Notes: generated from the letters alone by a model not told the origin. 64,000 nt of DNA from Candidatus Buchananbacteria bacterium (GCA_041665005.1 JBAYJR010000003.1:17102-81101), one strand, 5' to 3'. Counted from the first letter of the stretch, positions 19,867 to 30,304 are shown. A program made the numbers and translations.

Positions 19867-20566
19867 ACCTGGAACCTTCATCACGGTTCCCAGTAAATAC
19901 AGAATCAAAGAAATTGATGCGATCGGTCAAAGCGTCTATATGTGGCTTTCTGATCACGCTAATTCAGCCGGTCTTTGCTTCCCGAGCATCAACAGATTGG
20001 CAAAGCTTTGCAAGGTAACCAAAAATACAATAAAGGATCGTATTCGTAAGCTGGAGAAATTGGGGTTAGTAAGAAAACAATTGCGAAAGAAAAACAACAA
20101 AGAGAACCAATCCAATTTATATCAAGTCGTAGAAGATAATTGGATGCCGACCGATAAGGGTAGGTCAGCACATGACCAACCCGGGTCACCAAGTGACCGC
20201 GGGGTAGATCAACAGATGGCTGGTAACTCAAATCATTCTGAACTCAATCCACAGGACCAAAGCATATATATGCCCTTGCCTCCTCGAAAAACCGCTACAA
20301 TCGATTATCTTGAAAACATTTCCGAGAGTGATGTTATGGAAATCGCCGAGAAATACGGAGTAAGCCGCGAATTTGTACGTGACAACGTAGAAAACGTAAC
20401 CCTCCATTGCGCTTCAGTCGGTAAGGAATACAAAAATTATAAAGCCACTCTCATCCGTTTTATAAAGATCAACAAAGAAAGAATGTGGGAAAAAGAACAT
20501 GCAGGAAAGCCCAAAGGAATTTTCAAGTCGTACCACAGCAAATACGCCGGTATTGGAGATAAATGA
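19850..20566 (+). CDS. Winged-HTH replication initiator-like protein (phage-type)
   Basis: VYMWLSDHAN..CFPSINRLAKLC..TIKDRIRKLEKLGLV..SNLY; internal iteron-like repeats. Confidence 0.75.
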   Translation: MKTKYRPGTFITVPSKYRIKEIDAIGQSVYMWLSDHANSAGLCFPSINRLAKLCKVTKNTIKDRIRKLEKLGLVRKQLRKKNNKENQSNLYQVVEDNWMPTDKGRSAHDQPGSPSDRGVDQQMAGNSNHSELNPQDQSIYMPLPPRKTATIDYLENISESDVMEIAEKYGVSREFVRDNVENVTLHCASVGKEYKNYKATLIRFIKINKERMWEKEHAGKPKGIFKSYHSKYAGIGDK

Positions 20567-20658
20567 CAAGCAATATGGGGCAACTCATCCATTACCTTGA
20601 CTTACAATCACTATCCCGGCACCTGTTGTAGTAAGGTCGAAAATTAACCAATAAAAAT

Positions 20659-21162
20659 ATGAACAAAGCAACAATTACAAAGAAGAGGGCGGCGATCTAT
20701 CTTCGGACCGCCAACGATGATCAACAAGGGTCTGGAATCGCAGAGCAAGAAGTACAGTTGAGGGCTTTTGTAGCCTCGAACGACTACTTGGTCGATAAAA
20801 AGCACGTATACAAAGACAGTGGCGTTTCCGGACTACTTCCATTGGAAAAAAGGTCAGGGGCAAAAAAATTATTTGAAGGCGCGGAGAGGCATGAGTTTGA
20901 CTTGATAATCGTCAAAGGAGTCGACAGAATCTCCCGAGGCTATCACCATTTTTTTGAAATGTTAGACAAATTCTCACGCCTCAAAGTAGGCATCAAGGCT
21001 GTAGATGGGTCGATTGATACGCTAACTACTTCCGGTAAAGCAAGGGCTGGACTTCTGACAACAATGATGACGGCGATGGCGAGGTTCGAAAATGATGCCC
21101 TGCGAGAAAGATTAATGCGCGGAAAGCTTGCCGCCAAAGAAAGACGACCAATGAATAAATAA
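20659..21162 (+). CDS. Serine-recombinase catalytic-domain paralog with the catalytic Ser replaced by Ala
   Basis: AAIYLRTAND versus AAIYMRVSTD of the neighbour; DSGVSG, DRISR. Confidence 0.85.
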   Translation: MNKATITKKRAAIYLRTANDDQQGSGIAEQEVQLRAFVASNDYLVDKKHVYKDSGVSGLLPLEKRSGAKKLFEGAERHEFDLIIVKGVDRISRGYHHFFEMLDKFSRLKVGIKAVDGSIDTLTTSGKARAGLLTTMMTAMARFENDALRERLMRGKLAAKERRPMNK

Positions 21163-21184
21163 TTAAAATTAACCAATAAACACC

Positions 21185-22909
21185 ATGGAAACAATAATAA
21201 GCACGAAGAAAATAAGAGCGGCGATCTACATGCGAGTTTCCACAGACGAACAGCTGAAGGGGCATGGAATGGCGGTTCAAGAAGAAAAATTAAGATACTT
21301 CGTAAAAGCCAACGATTACATACTCGAAGAAAAGCACGTCTACAAAGACGAAGGGTTTTCGGGATCACTGCCGGTTGAGCATCGGCCGGACATACAGAGA
21401 CTGATGGAAAATGGAAAGAAATCAGAATTTGATGTAGTTCTGGTTTGGAAGCTTGATAGAATGTTTCGGAGTGCGCGTCTGATGCTCAACATGGTCGAGG
21501 ACTTATCGAAATATAAAGTCGGGGTAAAATCTGCAACCGAGCCATTCGATACGACAACCATTTTCGGGAAAGGAATGGTCGGCTTCCTCGCAGTCATGGC
21601 AGAGATGGAAAGGGACACTATCAGGGAAAGGACCACGGGTGGAAGAATCAGGGCCGCGCAAAGTGGTAAGTGGGTAACAGGAGTCCCCCCTTACGGATAT
21701 AATCTCATAAAAGAAACCGGACAACTTGAGATAAATAAAGAGGAGGCGAAATGGGTGAAGATGTACTTTAAGTGGATTGTTGCGGATCGATTGCCTCTGC
21801 GTGAGATTCAGAGAAGGGCTAATAATATGAAAATACCGATTGCTCGCAGAAAGGTCTCAAACAAAAAGACTCATAACTACTGGCATACTCGAACGATTGG
21901 CAGAATGTTGACCAATGAAACCTATACTGGAACAGCATTCTTCAGAAAGTACAAAAGACCATTCAAAAACCTGACCAGCGTTACCGACGAAAGCCTTCTC
22001 AGGGAAAAAGCCGGATGGATAAGCATTAAAGTCCCGGCAATCATTACCAGGGAGTTATACGATACCTGCATAAAACAACTCCTCAAAAATCGTGAGTTTT
22101 CCAAACGGAACCTAAAGCGAACATATCTTTTTTCAAAGCTTATTTATTGTGGATCATGCGGATTCAAGCTCTTTGGAGGATATCAGCCACCAAGGAAAGA
22201 CGGGCGTGCGGGTACCAAGTACTATCATGGTTGGTGTACCAAAGCTGAGGTCGGGATCAGCAGAAGATGCCTAACGTGTGAGCAGGTATCAGAGATGCGC
22301 CTTCTTCCGATATGGGAACGACTGAAAGAAATCCTGAAGAAGCCGGAATTAACACTGGAAAAACTCGCAAGGTACAACACTGAGAAGATTAAACAGGACG
22401 ATACAGAAGAAAAGCTGGACCAGATCAAAAAGACCTTTGAGACGCTGGCCACCAAACGGCAAAGGCTCGGAATGTTATTCTCAGAAGGTGAATTTGACCA
22501 TGACAGCTACAAGAAGGCTCTGATAGAATGTAAAAGCCAAGAAGAACAACTCCGACAGGAACAACTAAGGCTCGAGCGTCAGCTACTCACAAAGAAAGAG
22601 ATCCGGGAGATAGCGAACGTCATCGATGGGCAGTATAAGAAGCTCATAGCACGACTGGACTCGCTGACATACGAAGAAAAACAAGAAGCAATCAGGCTGG
22701 TAGTAAACAGAGTAACGGTATATCCTAAGAGGGCTGAGGCCGAAGTAGAGTTCAACTTCAATCCAAATATTCAAACACCATCGCCTCTTATTGGGGCAAT
22801 CCGGGAGCCTGTCTATGCTCAATTGCAGGACAATAACGCTAAGACCGGTCTCACAACCATAACGGGGGTAGGGGTAAATAGTGGGTTGCGGGGCGTTAGC
22901 CTTGGATGA
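21185..22909 (+). CDS. Large serine recombinase (integrase)
   Basis: YMRVSTDEQ, LDRMFRS, PPYGY, recombinase domain, Zn ribbon CGSCG, coiled coil; stop lies beyond the att core. Confidence 0.95.
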   Translation: METIISTKKIRAAIYMRVSTDEQLKGHGMAVQEEKLRYFVKANDYILEEKHVYKDEGFSGSLPVEHRPDIQRLMENGKKSEFDVVLVWKLDRMFRSARLMLNMVEDLSKYKVGVKSATEPFDTTTIFGKGMVGFLAVMAEMERDTIRERTTGGRIRAAQSGKWVTGVPPYGYNLIKETGQLEINKEEAKWVKMYFKWIVADRLPLREIQRRANNMKIPIARRKVSNKKTHNYWHTRTIGRMLTNETYTGTAFFRKYKRPFKNLTSVTDESLLREKAGWISIKVPAIITRELYDTCIKQLLKNREFSKRNLKRTYLFSKLIYCGSCGFKLFGGYQPPRKDGRAGTKYYHGWCTKAEVGISRRCLTCEQVSEMRLLPIWERLKEILKKPELTLEKLARYNTEKIKQDDTEEKLDQIKKTFETLATKRQRLGMLFSEGEFDHDSYKKALIECKSQEEQLRQEQLRLERQLLTKKEIREIANVIDGQYKKLIARLDSLTYEEKQEAIRLVVNRVTVYPKRAEAEVEFNFNPNIQTPSPLIGAIREPVYAQLQDNNAKTGLTTITGVGVNSGLRGVSLG

Positions 22910-23513
22910 ATTGCCAGAATTTCCTCGTCAGGTTTTAGAAAATTTACGTCAGCCTTTAGAGGATGGTATTATCTCGGTGTCGCGAGTGCAGGGAACCTTG
23001 CAGTTTCCGGCTAAATTTATTTTAGTCGCGGCAATGAATCCTTGTCCTTGCGGTTATGCCACGGATCCAGACCGGCAATGTATTTGCGGCGCCAGTCAGA
23101 TTATTAAATATCAGAAAAAGATTTCGGGACCACTACTTGATCGAATCGATTTGCATGTGGAAGTGCCCAAAGTTAAGTTTGAAAAATTGGCTGACGATAG
23201 TTTGGCCGAAGATTCGGTTGCTATTCGTCAGCGCATTCAACAGGCGAGAACTCAGCAATTAACCCGGTTTAAGGGGTTAAATTTAGTAACTAATTCAGAA
23301 ATGTCTCAGCAGCAAATTAAAGAATTTTGTCAGATAGATGTGGCAACTCAGCAGCTATTAAAAACTGCCGTGGAACAACTACAACTTTCAGCTAGAGCTT
23401 ATTTTAGAATTTTAAAATTGGCGCGCACTATTGCGGATTTGGCCTCCAGTGTTAAAGTAGAATTAGCCCATGTGGCTGAGGCCCTACAGTATCGGCCTAA
23501 AATTTCGGAATAA
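22902..23513 (+). pseudogene. comM: ComM/YifB, 3' part
   Basis: LDELPEF..LRQPLEDG, AAMNPCPCG, ISGPLLDRID, ARTIADL..EALQYR. Confidence 0.95.
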
Positions 23514-23538
23514 ATTTTTAAATAAAAAACCGCTTGAT

Positions 23539-23886
23539 TTACATCAGGCGGTTTATTTTTTGGTAAAGTGGCAATAAGCTTTGTTTGCCAAAGATAACTT
23601 TTGGCCGCTTGCCCTTTGAATTAAATTTGGCGATAAACTTTATTTTAGCTGCCTCAACAATAGCGAGAAGGGCGAGATTGTTCCTGTTTGGTCGATAAAC
23701 AACTAACAGTATATCAAACAGAGCAATTTCTTTTGCTTGGGTTTCAGTAAGAAAAAAGGAAACATCAGTACTTCCGTGTTGTCCCTCGCACCTACCCGTT
23801 ATTAAAAATTTTTGTGTTTCCCGACGCCAGTCTTTTCTCCCAACTTCAATTCTCGCTATGTTTGTAAGGGGAAAATATTTTGACAT
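23539..23886 (-). CDS. Orphan hypothetical protein
   Basis: AGGAGG SD and own TTGACA-17-TAAGTT promoter. Confidence 0.6.
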   Translation of the reverse strand: MSKYFPLTNIARIEVGRKDWRRETQKFLITGRCEGQHGSTDVSFFLTETQAKEIALFDILLVVYRPNRNNLALLAIVEAAKIKFIAKFNSKGKRPKVIFGKQSLLPLYQKINRLM

Positions 23887-23991
23887 TAGCCATGCCTCCT
23901 GTTATTTTTTTTATTGATTGCAACTTAACATTTTATTCGGCAATTGTCAAGAGGTTTGTTAATTTTTTTAATAAATTATTAAGAGCTATTT

Positions 23992-25224
23992 TTATCTAAT
24001 ATAACTTAGCGGGTTGACTCTAGTGCCGTTAACCCCGCCTAATCTTACTTCAAAATGTAAGTGTGGCCCGGTGGAGCGACCAGTTGAACCCATAGCCGAA
24101 ATCAATTCGCCACGTTCAACGGTTTGTCCTGGTTCCACATAAATTTTGGAGTTATGTCCGTAAAGAGTATATTTGCCATTGCCGTGATTAATAATAATAT
24201 AGTAGCCGTAACCGGTTTTACCATAAACGACTTTAGCAACCACGCCATTGTCGGCCGCATAAATTGGGGCACCTAAGCCACAAGCAACATCAGCCCCGGT
24301 ATGCCAGATACCACGGAAGTATTGAGTAATGCGGCGACAGGTAGTAGGCCAAATCATCCCGCCAGCACTAACGGTAGTGCTTTGATAAACTGTTGTTGGA
24401 GCCTTGGTTTTAGCTGGAGTAACCACCGCCGGGGCTTGGTAAATAATTTTACCTTCAGGGATAACCAAAGTGTCACCAATGGTTAAGGTATTATTACTAA
24501 CGTAGTTAAAGTTTTCAATTTTTTCTTCAGTCGCTTGGTATTTTTTAGCAATTGAGGAAATGGTGTCACCTTTTTTTACTTTATGTAAAACACCACTGAC
24601 CGGCAGAATATTCAAAGTCGCACCGGGCTTTAAGTAAGAATTTAAGGTTAGGCTGTTAGCCCAGAGAATGGTGTTAGTAGAGATATTAAAGCGTTGGGCC
24701 AGGGCATAGAGCGTATCACCTTTTTGGATTATATATTTTTGGACGCGAGTACGTTTAAGTTCTTCGGGCGTGGTAATTTCTGGTTTAACTAAAGCGCCAC
24801 TGCCAAGCAGTAAAGATTCCGCAGAGGTGTTGTCACTTTCGGTTTCGTTGGCAAGTTGATTAAGAATTTCGCTGGCGTCGGGGTTACTAACTACGGCCAC
24901 AGTATTAGCCGGGCCGCTGTCTTCAATTAATTCTTCATTTTGTCCTAAAATTTTTACAATTAAACTTTGTTGGCCATAATCTTGGGCTTGGACGCGATTA
25001 GAATTTAGTAAGCTATAAATAATTACCAAGCCCGCGCCAAATACAAACAGTACGGTTAAAAAATGTTGGTTGGTAACCAATTTAAGCCAACCTTGGTAAC
25101 TTTTTAATTCCCAATTTTTAAGTTGCCGTTTAAATTGTAAATATGATTTATATAATAATAAAAATAGCCAGCGAATTAACGGAGTTAATTTAATTAAGAA
25201 ATGTTGATAAAAATTTAACCACAT
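23992..25224 (-). CDS. LysM + M23 peptidase
   Basis: Two LysM repeats; HTGAD, YGHNS, GRSTGPHLHFE; start uncertain. Confidence 0.92.
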   Translation of the reverse strand: MWLNFYQHFLIKLTPLIRWLFLLLYKSYLQFKRQLKNWELKSYQGWLKLVTNQHFLTVLFVFGAGLVIIYSLLNSNRVQAQDYGQQSLIVKILGQNEELIEDSGPANTVAVVSNPDASEILNQLANETESDNTSAESLLLGSGALVKPEITTPEELKRTRVQKYIIQKGDTLYALAQRFNISTNTILWANSLTLNSYLKPGATLNILPVSGVLHKVKKGDTISSIAKKYQATEEKIENFNYVSNNTLTIGDTLVIPEGKIIYQAPAVVTPAKTKAPTTVYQSTTVSAGGMIWPTTCRRITQYFRGIWHTGADVACGLGAPIYAADNGVVAKVVYGKTGYGYYIIINHGNGKYTLYGHNSKIYVEPGQTVERGELISAMGSTGRSTGPHLHFEVRLGGVNGTRVNPLSYIR

Positions 25225-25458
25225 TTGGCCTAGTAAGTGACTAGACCAAGTTAAGATTTTTAATAAATAAACTAATAGCTTGACTATTAGTTGTTTAGTT
25301 TTGTAGATAATTTTATGTAGGATATTTTTGCTGAATTAACTAATTAAAATAATTATTATTTCAGCCGGTAGTCTGCAAGGTATTTTAACATTTATAGCCA
25401 AAAAAATCAACCCCAGGATTTGGCAGTTGGCTTTTTTTGTGCTAAGTTAATAACAAAT

Positions 25459-26367
25459 ATGCAAAACTTTAAAGTGATTGAACCCCTAGTTTATTTTGAG
25501 TTATTTGATTACCCCTTAACGGCGGTAGAAGCTTGGCAGTATCAACGACAGAGCAGTAATTTGGCTGAGGTAATTAATAGTTTAACCAACCTAAAATCCG
25601 TGGAGGGTTATTATTTAATTACTGATCGGCCAGAGCTGGTGGCAACCAGAAAAGAACGCTACTTATTAGCCGAGCAGAAATTAAGAAAACGGGGCTGGGT
25701 TTTAAAAATTTTAGCTAATTTGCCGTTTGTGCGAATGATCGCGATTTGTAATTCTTTGGCTTATAATAATTCCCGAGCTGAGGGGGATATTGATTTATTT
25801 ATTATTACCACGCCCGGCAAAATTTGGACCAGTCGTTGTTTGGCCAATCTTTTTTTGTGGTTGTTTAATCTTCGGCCCAAAACTACGCAAACTCAAGATA
25901 AGCTTTGTTTATCTTTTTGGGTGACCGCTGATAATTTAAATTTACAGCCGGCTACTTTGGGAGAAGCTGATATTTATTTTCAGTATTGGCTGGCTACTTT
26001 GTGGCCAATTTATGATGCCGGGGGTTACTATACTTCTTTAGTTAGAGAAAATGTTTGGTTAAAAAAATTTTTACCTAATTGGTCCGGTAAATTGCCGCCG
26101 CCTCGACGGCGGGTTAATTTGGGAGCGTTTGGTTATTTTTTAAAAAAGCTAGGGGAAAAATTGTTGGTGGCTAACTGGCTTGAAAAATTAATTCGGGAGC
26201 GATCGTTAGAAGAAATGCCAAAAGCGTTGACAGATTTAGCCAACCAAGACACCCGGGTGCTAATTAATGAACAGATGTTAAAATTACACACCAAGGATCG
26301 TCGTCAGGAATATCAAGATAAATATCAGCAAAAATTAGCCAGTCTTTATGGACCACAAAATTCTTAA
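25459..26367 (+). CDS. Nucleotidyltransferase-fold hypothetical protein
   Basis: NSLAY..GDIDLFII; ATG 25459 preferred over TTG 25420. Confidence 0.7.
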   Translation: MQNFKVIEPLVYFELFDYPLTAVEAWQYQRQSSNLAEVINSLTNLKSVEGYYLITDRPELVATRKERYLLAEQKLRKRGWVLKILANLPFVRMIAICNSLAYNNSRAEGDIDLFIITTPGKIWTSRCLANLFLWLFNLRPKTTQTQDKLCLSFWVTADNLNLQPATLGEADIYFQYWLATLWPIYDAGGYYTSLVRENVWLKKFLPNWSGKLPPPRRRVNLGAFGYFLKKLGEKLLVANWLEKLIRERSLEEMPKALTDLANQDTRVLINEQMLKLHTKDRRQEYQDKYQQKLASLYGPQNS

Positions 26368-27640
26368 AGTCGCTCGAGGGTTATTTTATCTCTTTATTTT
26401 TTTATTGCCGTGGCAAACTCGGTATTTTTTGCTGCGCGCCAGTAGTGGGGGCTATGAATTAGAGGCGGGCAATTTGGCAATTTACGGCACGGAACTATGG
26501 TTGTGGGTAATTATGATTTTAGCCATTAGCAGTTTATTTAAAAAAAGTTTTTGGTCGGAAGCAGTTGGTAAAATAAAATTTTTAAAATTTAAGCCACAAT
26601 TTTTGGTGGTGAGCTTGTTTATTATCTGGTCTGGCTTATCAATTTTTTGGTCAGTTAATGGTGCAGTGGCTTATTGGCAGTGGTTTAAATTATTAGAAGC
26701 CATGGCGGCGGGCAGTTTGATTATAATTTTGAAAGTTGATTTTAAAAAGATTGCCACCATGTTAGCAGCCAGCGGGGCAGCACAAGGTTTGCTAGCTTTT
26801 TGGCAATTTAGTACTCAACAAATTGTGGCTAACAAGTGGTTGGGGCTGGCCGCGCAAAACCCCGCAGATTTAGGAGTGTCGGTGGTAGAAAACACCGGCC
26901 GTTGGTTGCGGGCTTATGGCTCTTTTCCTCATCCTAATATTTTAGGTGGTTTTTTGGCCGTTACCATTTTAGTTAGCGTCTATTTGATTATTCAGAGTGA
27001 TAAATTGCGAATCCGGTTGTGGCTGTTAGTCGCTTTAGTTTTACAAGTTTTGGGATTAGTTTTAACTTTTTCACGAGCGGCAATTTTTTTGGGTCTGGGT
27101 TTGGCAATAATTTATAGTTTATTGTTAATCAAAAATAAGTTAACCCGCCGCCGGGCTGCGGTAGTTTTAATAAGTTTGGTTTTAGTGGCGACAGTAGGCT
27201 ATGGTTTGTGGGGAGAGTTGTTAATTAATCGTTTTACAGACAGTCGTTTAACTATTAAATCAAACAATGAACGACAAATTGAACTAGAACGGGCTTATTC
27301 TATGATTAAGGCTCGGCCACTTTGGGGTTGGGGGTTAGGTAGTTATCAGTTAGCTTTGCTTAAGTTAAATCCGGGCCAACCGGCTTATCAATATCAGCCG
27401 CCACATAATTTGTTTTGGTTAACGTGGGCCGAATTGGGTTTGGTGGGTTTAAGTTTGTGGTTATTGATTTTAATAATTACGGTTTGGCAGGCGATTAAAC
27501 AAAAATCCGGCTTTGTGGTCTACGGTTTGGGGTTAATTTTTTTGTTAATCTGGTTTGATCATTATTTCTGGGCCAGTTGGTCAATGTTGGTAATTTTTTG
27601 GTTAATGATCTATTTTGGCCTAATAAAAAAAGAGGAATAA
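26348..27640 (+). CDS. O-antigen ligase (Wzy_C) family protein
   Basis: RAYGSFPHPN, LTFSRA, PLWGWGLG, PPHN..AELG. Confidence 0.88.
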   Translation: MDHKILKVARGLFYLFIFLLPWQTRYFLLRASSGGYELEAGNLAIYGTELWLWVIMILAISSLFKKSFWSEAVGKIKFLKFKPQFLVVSLFIIWSGLSIFWSVNGAVAYWQWFKLLEAMAAGSLIIILKVDFKKIATMLAASGAAQGLLAFWQFSTQQIVANKWLGLAAQNPADLGVSVVENTGRWLRAYGSFPHPNILGGFLAVTILVSVYLIIQSDKLRIRLWLLVALVLQVLGLVLTFSRAAIFLGLGLAIIYSLLLIKNKLTRRRAAVVLISLVLVATVGYGLWGELLINRFTDSRLTIKSNNERQIELERAYSMIKARPLWGWGLGSYQLALLKLNPGQPAYQYQPPHNLFWLTWAELGLVGLSLWLLILIITVWQAIKQKSGFVVYGLGLIFLLIWFDHYFWASWSMLVIFWLMIYFGLIKKEE

Positions 27641-27656
27641 AATTCCTCTTTTAGGT

Positions 27657-28064
27657 TTAATAAATTTTTAGATCCGGCTCAATCTTTTCCAAGAGCCAGT
27701 TTTTTAAAAATTGTCGGGAAGATCCTGCGGCGGTCCATTCTCGGTCACCGCAATCTGTAATTAAGTGTCGTTTGTTAATTAACAACACCAGTGGTGTGAC
27801 ATTGTTTTTAATGGGTTTTTCAGTAACGACGCAACAGCAATCGTTTTTGGTACACCAAGCAGTAAAGGTTCGGCAGGTAAACAGGTTGTTTGTACCAATT
27901 AATTGGTCTAACCATTCTTCCTTTTCTATTTCGGTGTTTTCGTTATCTTTTGCTTCAGATAATAAACTAGCTAAATTCTCTGGTCCTTCTGGTTTTAGTT
28001 TTAGATGTTGGCATCTTGGCATGTCAATATCTGCCCACCATACTTTTTGGGTTTTTTGGTCCAT
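27657..28064 (-). CDS. Orphan hypothetical protein
   Basis: AGGAGG SD; TTGACT..TAAATT promoter. Confidence 0.6.
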   Translation of the reverse strand: MDQKTQKVWWADIDMPRCQHLKLKPEGPENLASLLSEAKDNENTEIEKEEWLDQLIGTNNLFTCRTFTAWCTKNDCCCVVTEKPIKNNVTPLVLLINKRHLITDCGDREWTAAGSSRQFLKNWLLEKIEPDLKIY

Positions 28065-28192
28065 ATTTTCCTCCTATTTGTTAGTTTGAATTTAGCATCA
28101 AAAAACAAAAAAGTCAAGCCCGGCAAAGTAGGCTTAGTTAGCGGCTCTTGACAGGGTGGTCGGGCTTGGTTAAAATAGGAATAGGTTATAAA

Positions 28193-28219
28193 TTAGCACT
28201 CTACCATTTAGAGTGCTAA
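28193..28219 (+). promoter_or_regulatory. CIRCE element (HrcA operator)
   Basis: Exact TTAGCACTC-N9-GAGTGCTAA upstream of groES. Confidence 0.97.
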
Positions 28220-28250
28220 ATCATCTCTTTATTATTAATCATTAAATTCT

Positions 28251-28523
28251 ATGAATTTAAAACCTTTAGGCGATCGTTTAATCGTTAAACCTTTAGAGCA
28301 AGAAGAAATTACCGCGGCGGGCATTGTTTTACCGGATTCGGCTAAAGAAAAAAAAGCCGAAGGCGAAGTTTTAGCCGTGGGTAACGGTGAAAAGATTGTT
28401 AAACTACAACTTAAAAAGGGCGATAAGGTTTTGTACGGCAAATATGCCGGGGAAGAAGTTAAGGTAGGTGAAGAGGAATACAAAATTTTAACTCACGAAG
28501 ATGTGTTAGCGGTGGTGGAGTAA
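28251..28523 (+). CDS. groES: Co-chaperonin GroES
   Basis: [18 protein letters not shown]. Confidence 0.98.
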   Translation: MNLKPLGDRLIVKPLEQEEITAAGIVLPDSAKEKKAEGEVLAVGNGEKIVKLQLKKGDKVLYGKYAGEEVKVGEEEYKILTHEDVLAVVE

Positions 28524-28646
28524 GGTAAAAAGTAAATAGCAAAAAGTAAAATTAAGGCAGGCGCTTTGCGCATAAATTGATTAAATAATCGCCGCAGGCG
28601 ATACTAAAATTTTAAACTTTAATTTTTAAATTTTAAATTAACAATT

Positions 28647-30302
28647 ATGGCTAAACAAATTTTATACAGTGAAGCCGCTCGGGCGGCGATTAAACGCGGG
28701 GTAGATAAAATTGCCAACGCGGTTAAAGTCAGTTTGGGCCCTAAAGGGCGCAATGTAATTTTGGACAAAGGCTTTGGTTCACCGGTGATTACTAATGATG
28801 GCGTGACCATTGCCAAAGAAATTGAATTGGAAGATAAGTTTGAAAATATTGGTGCTTCGTTAATCCAAGAAGTGGCTAATAAAACTAATGATGTAGCAGG
28901 CGATGGCACTACCACGGCGACAGTTTTGGCGCAAGCGATTATTGAAGAAGGTTTTAAGAACGTGGCGGCCGGTAATGACCCGATGGATATTCGTCGAGGA
29001 ATTGAAAAAGCGGTGATTAGCGCGGTGAAGGCCTTAAAATCAATTAGTAAGCCAGTTAATGGTAAAAAGGAAGTGGCCCAAGTTGCCACCATCTCTTCGT
29101 TGGATGCGCAAGTGGGAGAGTTAATTGCGGAAATAATGGACGAAGTTGGTAAAGATGGCGTGGTCACAGTAGAAGAATCACAAACCATGGGTTTAGAAAA
29201 AGAAGTGGTTAAAGGCATGCGATTTGATAAAGGTTATGTTTCGGCTTATATGGTTACCAACACCGAGCGGATGGAAGCAGAATATAATAATGCTGCAATT
29301 TTGATCACCGAAAAAAAGATTAGTGCGATTCGCGAAATTTTACCCTTGTTAGAGAAATTAGCACAAAGCGGTACTAAAGAATTAGTTATTATTGCCGATG
29401 AAGTTGATGGCGAAGCCCTGGCCACTTTAGTGGTTAATAAATTGCGGGGCACTTTTAATGTGTTAGCGGTTAAAGCGCCAGGTTTTGGTGATCGTCGCAA
29501 AGAAATGTTGCAAGATATTGCCGTCTTAACTGGAGGCACAGTAATTTCTGAAGAACTGGGTCATAAATTAGAAAACACCACCCCAGAACAATTAGGTCAT
29601 GCCCGAAAAGTAGTGGCCAGTAAAGATTACACGACGATTGTTGAAGGCAAGGGTGAAGAAAAATTAATTAAAGATCGAGTAGCCCAAATTAAAAATGAAT
29701 ATGACAAGGCTACCTCGGATTATGATAAAGAAAAACTGCAAGAACGGCTAGCCAAATTGTCCGGCGGAGTCGGTGTCATTAAAGTGGGCGCGGCAACGGA
29801 AACTGAAATGAAAGAAAAGAAATTTAAAATTGAAGATGCTCTGCATGCCACTAAAGCCGCGGTGGAGGAAGGAATTGTGCCTGGTGGTGGTGCCGCTTTG
29901 GTTAAAGTAGCTTATGCTTTGGATGAATTAGTAGGCAAAGTGACCGAAGAAGAAAAAGTTGGCGTGGCGATTATTAAACGCTCCTTAGAAGCACCATTGC
30001 GACAAATTGCCGCTAATGCCGGAATTAAAGATATTGCTTTGATTGTTAATGAAATTAAAGATATTAAAGATGCGCATTCGGGTTATGATTTTGCTAAGAT
30101 GGAAAAAGCGGACATGTTAGAACGTGGCATCGTTGATCCGTTAAAAGTTACTCGTACCGCTTTAGAAAATGCCGCTTCGATTGCCGCTACTTTATTAATG
30201 ACCGAGGCAGTGGTAACGGATATTCCAGAAAAGAAAGAAAATGCTGCCGGCGGTATGCCGGGTATGGGTGGTATGGGTGGTGGTATGGGGATGGATTACT
30301 AG
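28647..30302 (+). CDS. groEL: Chaperonin GroEL
   Basis: LGPKGRN, GDGTTT, GGM tail. Confidence 0.99.
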   Translation: MAKQILYSEAARAAIKRGVDKIANAVKVSLGPKGRNVILDKGFGSPVITNDGVTIAKEIELEDKFENIGASLIQEVANKTNDVAGDGTTTATVLAQAIIEEGFKNVAAGNDPMDIRRGIEKAVISAVKALKSISKPVNGKKEVAQVATISSLDAQVGELIAEIMDEVGKDGVVTVEESQTMGLEKEVVKGMRFDKGYVSAYMVTNTERMEAEYNNAAILITEKKISAIREILPLLEKLAQSGTKELVIIADEVDGEALATLVVNKLRGTFNVLAVKAPGFGDRRKEMLQDIAVLTGGTVISEELGHKLENTTPEQLGHARKVVASKDYTTIVEGKGEEKLIKDRVAQIKNEYDKATSDYDKEKLQERLAKLSGGVGVIKVGAATETEMKEKKFKIEDALHATKAAVEEGIVPGGGAALVKVAYALDELVGKVTEEEKVGVAIIKRSLEAPLRQIAANAGIKDIALIVNEIKDIKDAHSGYDFAKMEKADMLERGIVDPLKVTRTALENAASIAATLLMTEAVVTDIPEKKENAAGGMPGMGGMGGGMGMDY

Positions 30303-30304
30303 GT

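Larger units (their letters stand above)
9396..22903. mobile_element. 13.5-kb integrative element inserted in comM by a large serine recombinase
   Basis: TT core at 9394-9395 and 22902-22903; excision restores TTT TTG GAT GAA (FLDE); attP arms TTGCGGG/CCCGCAA equidistant from the core; composition shift. Confidence 0.95.

Noticed and set aside
9396-22903. Prophage or ICE
   Set aside because: No capsid, terminase, tail, relaxase or T4SS genes recognised
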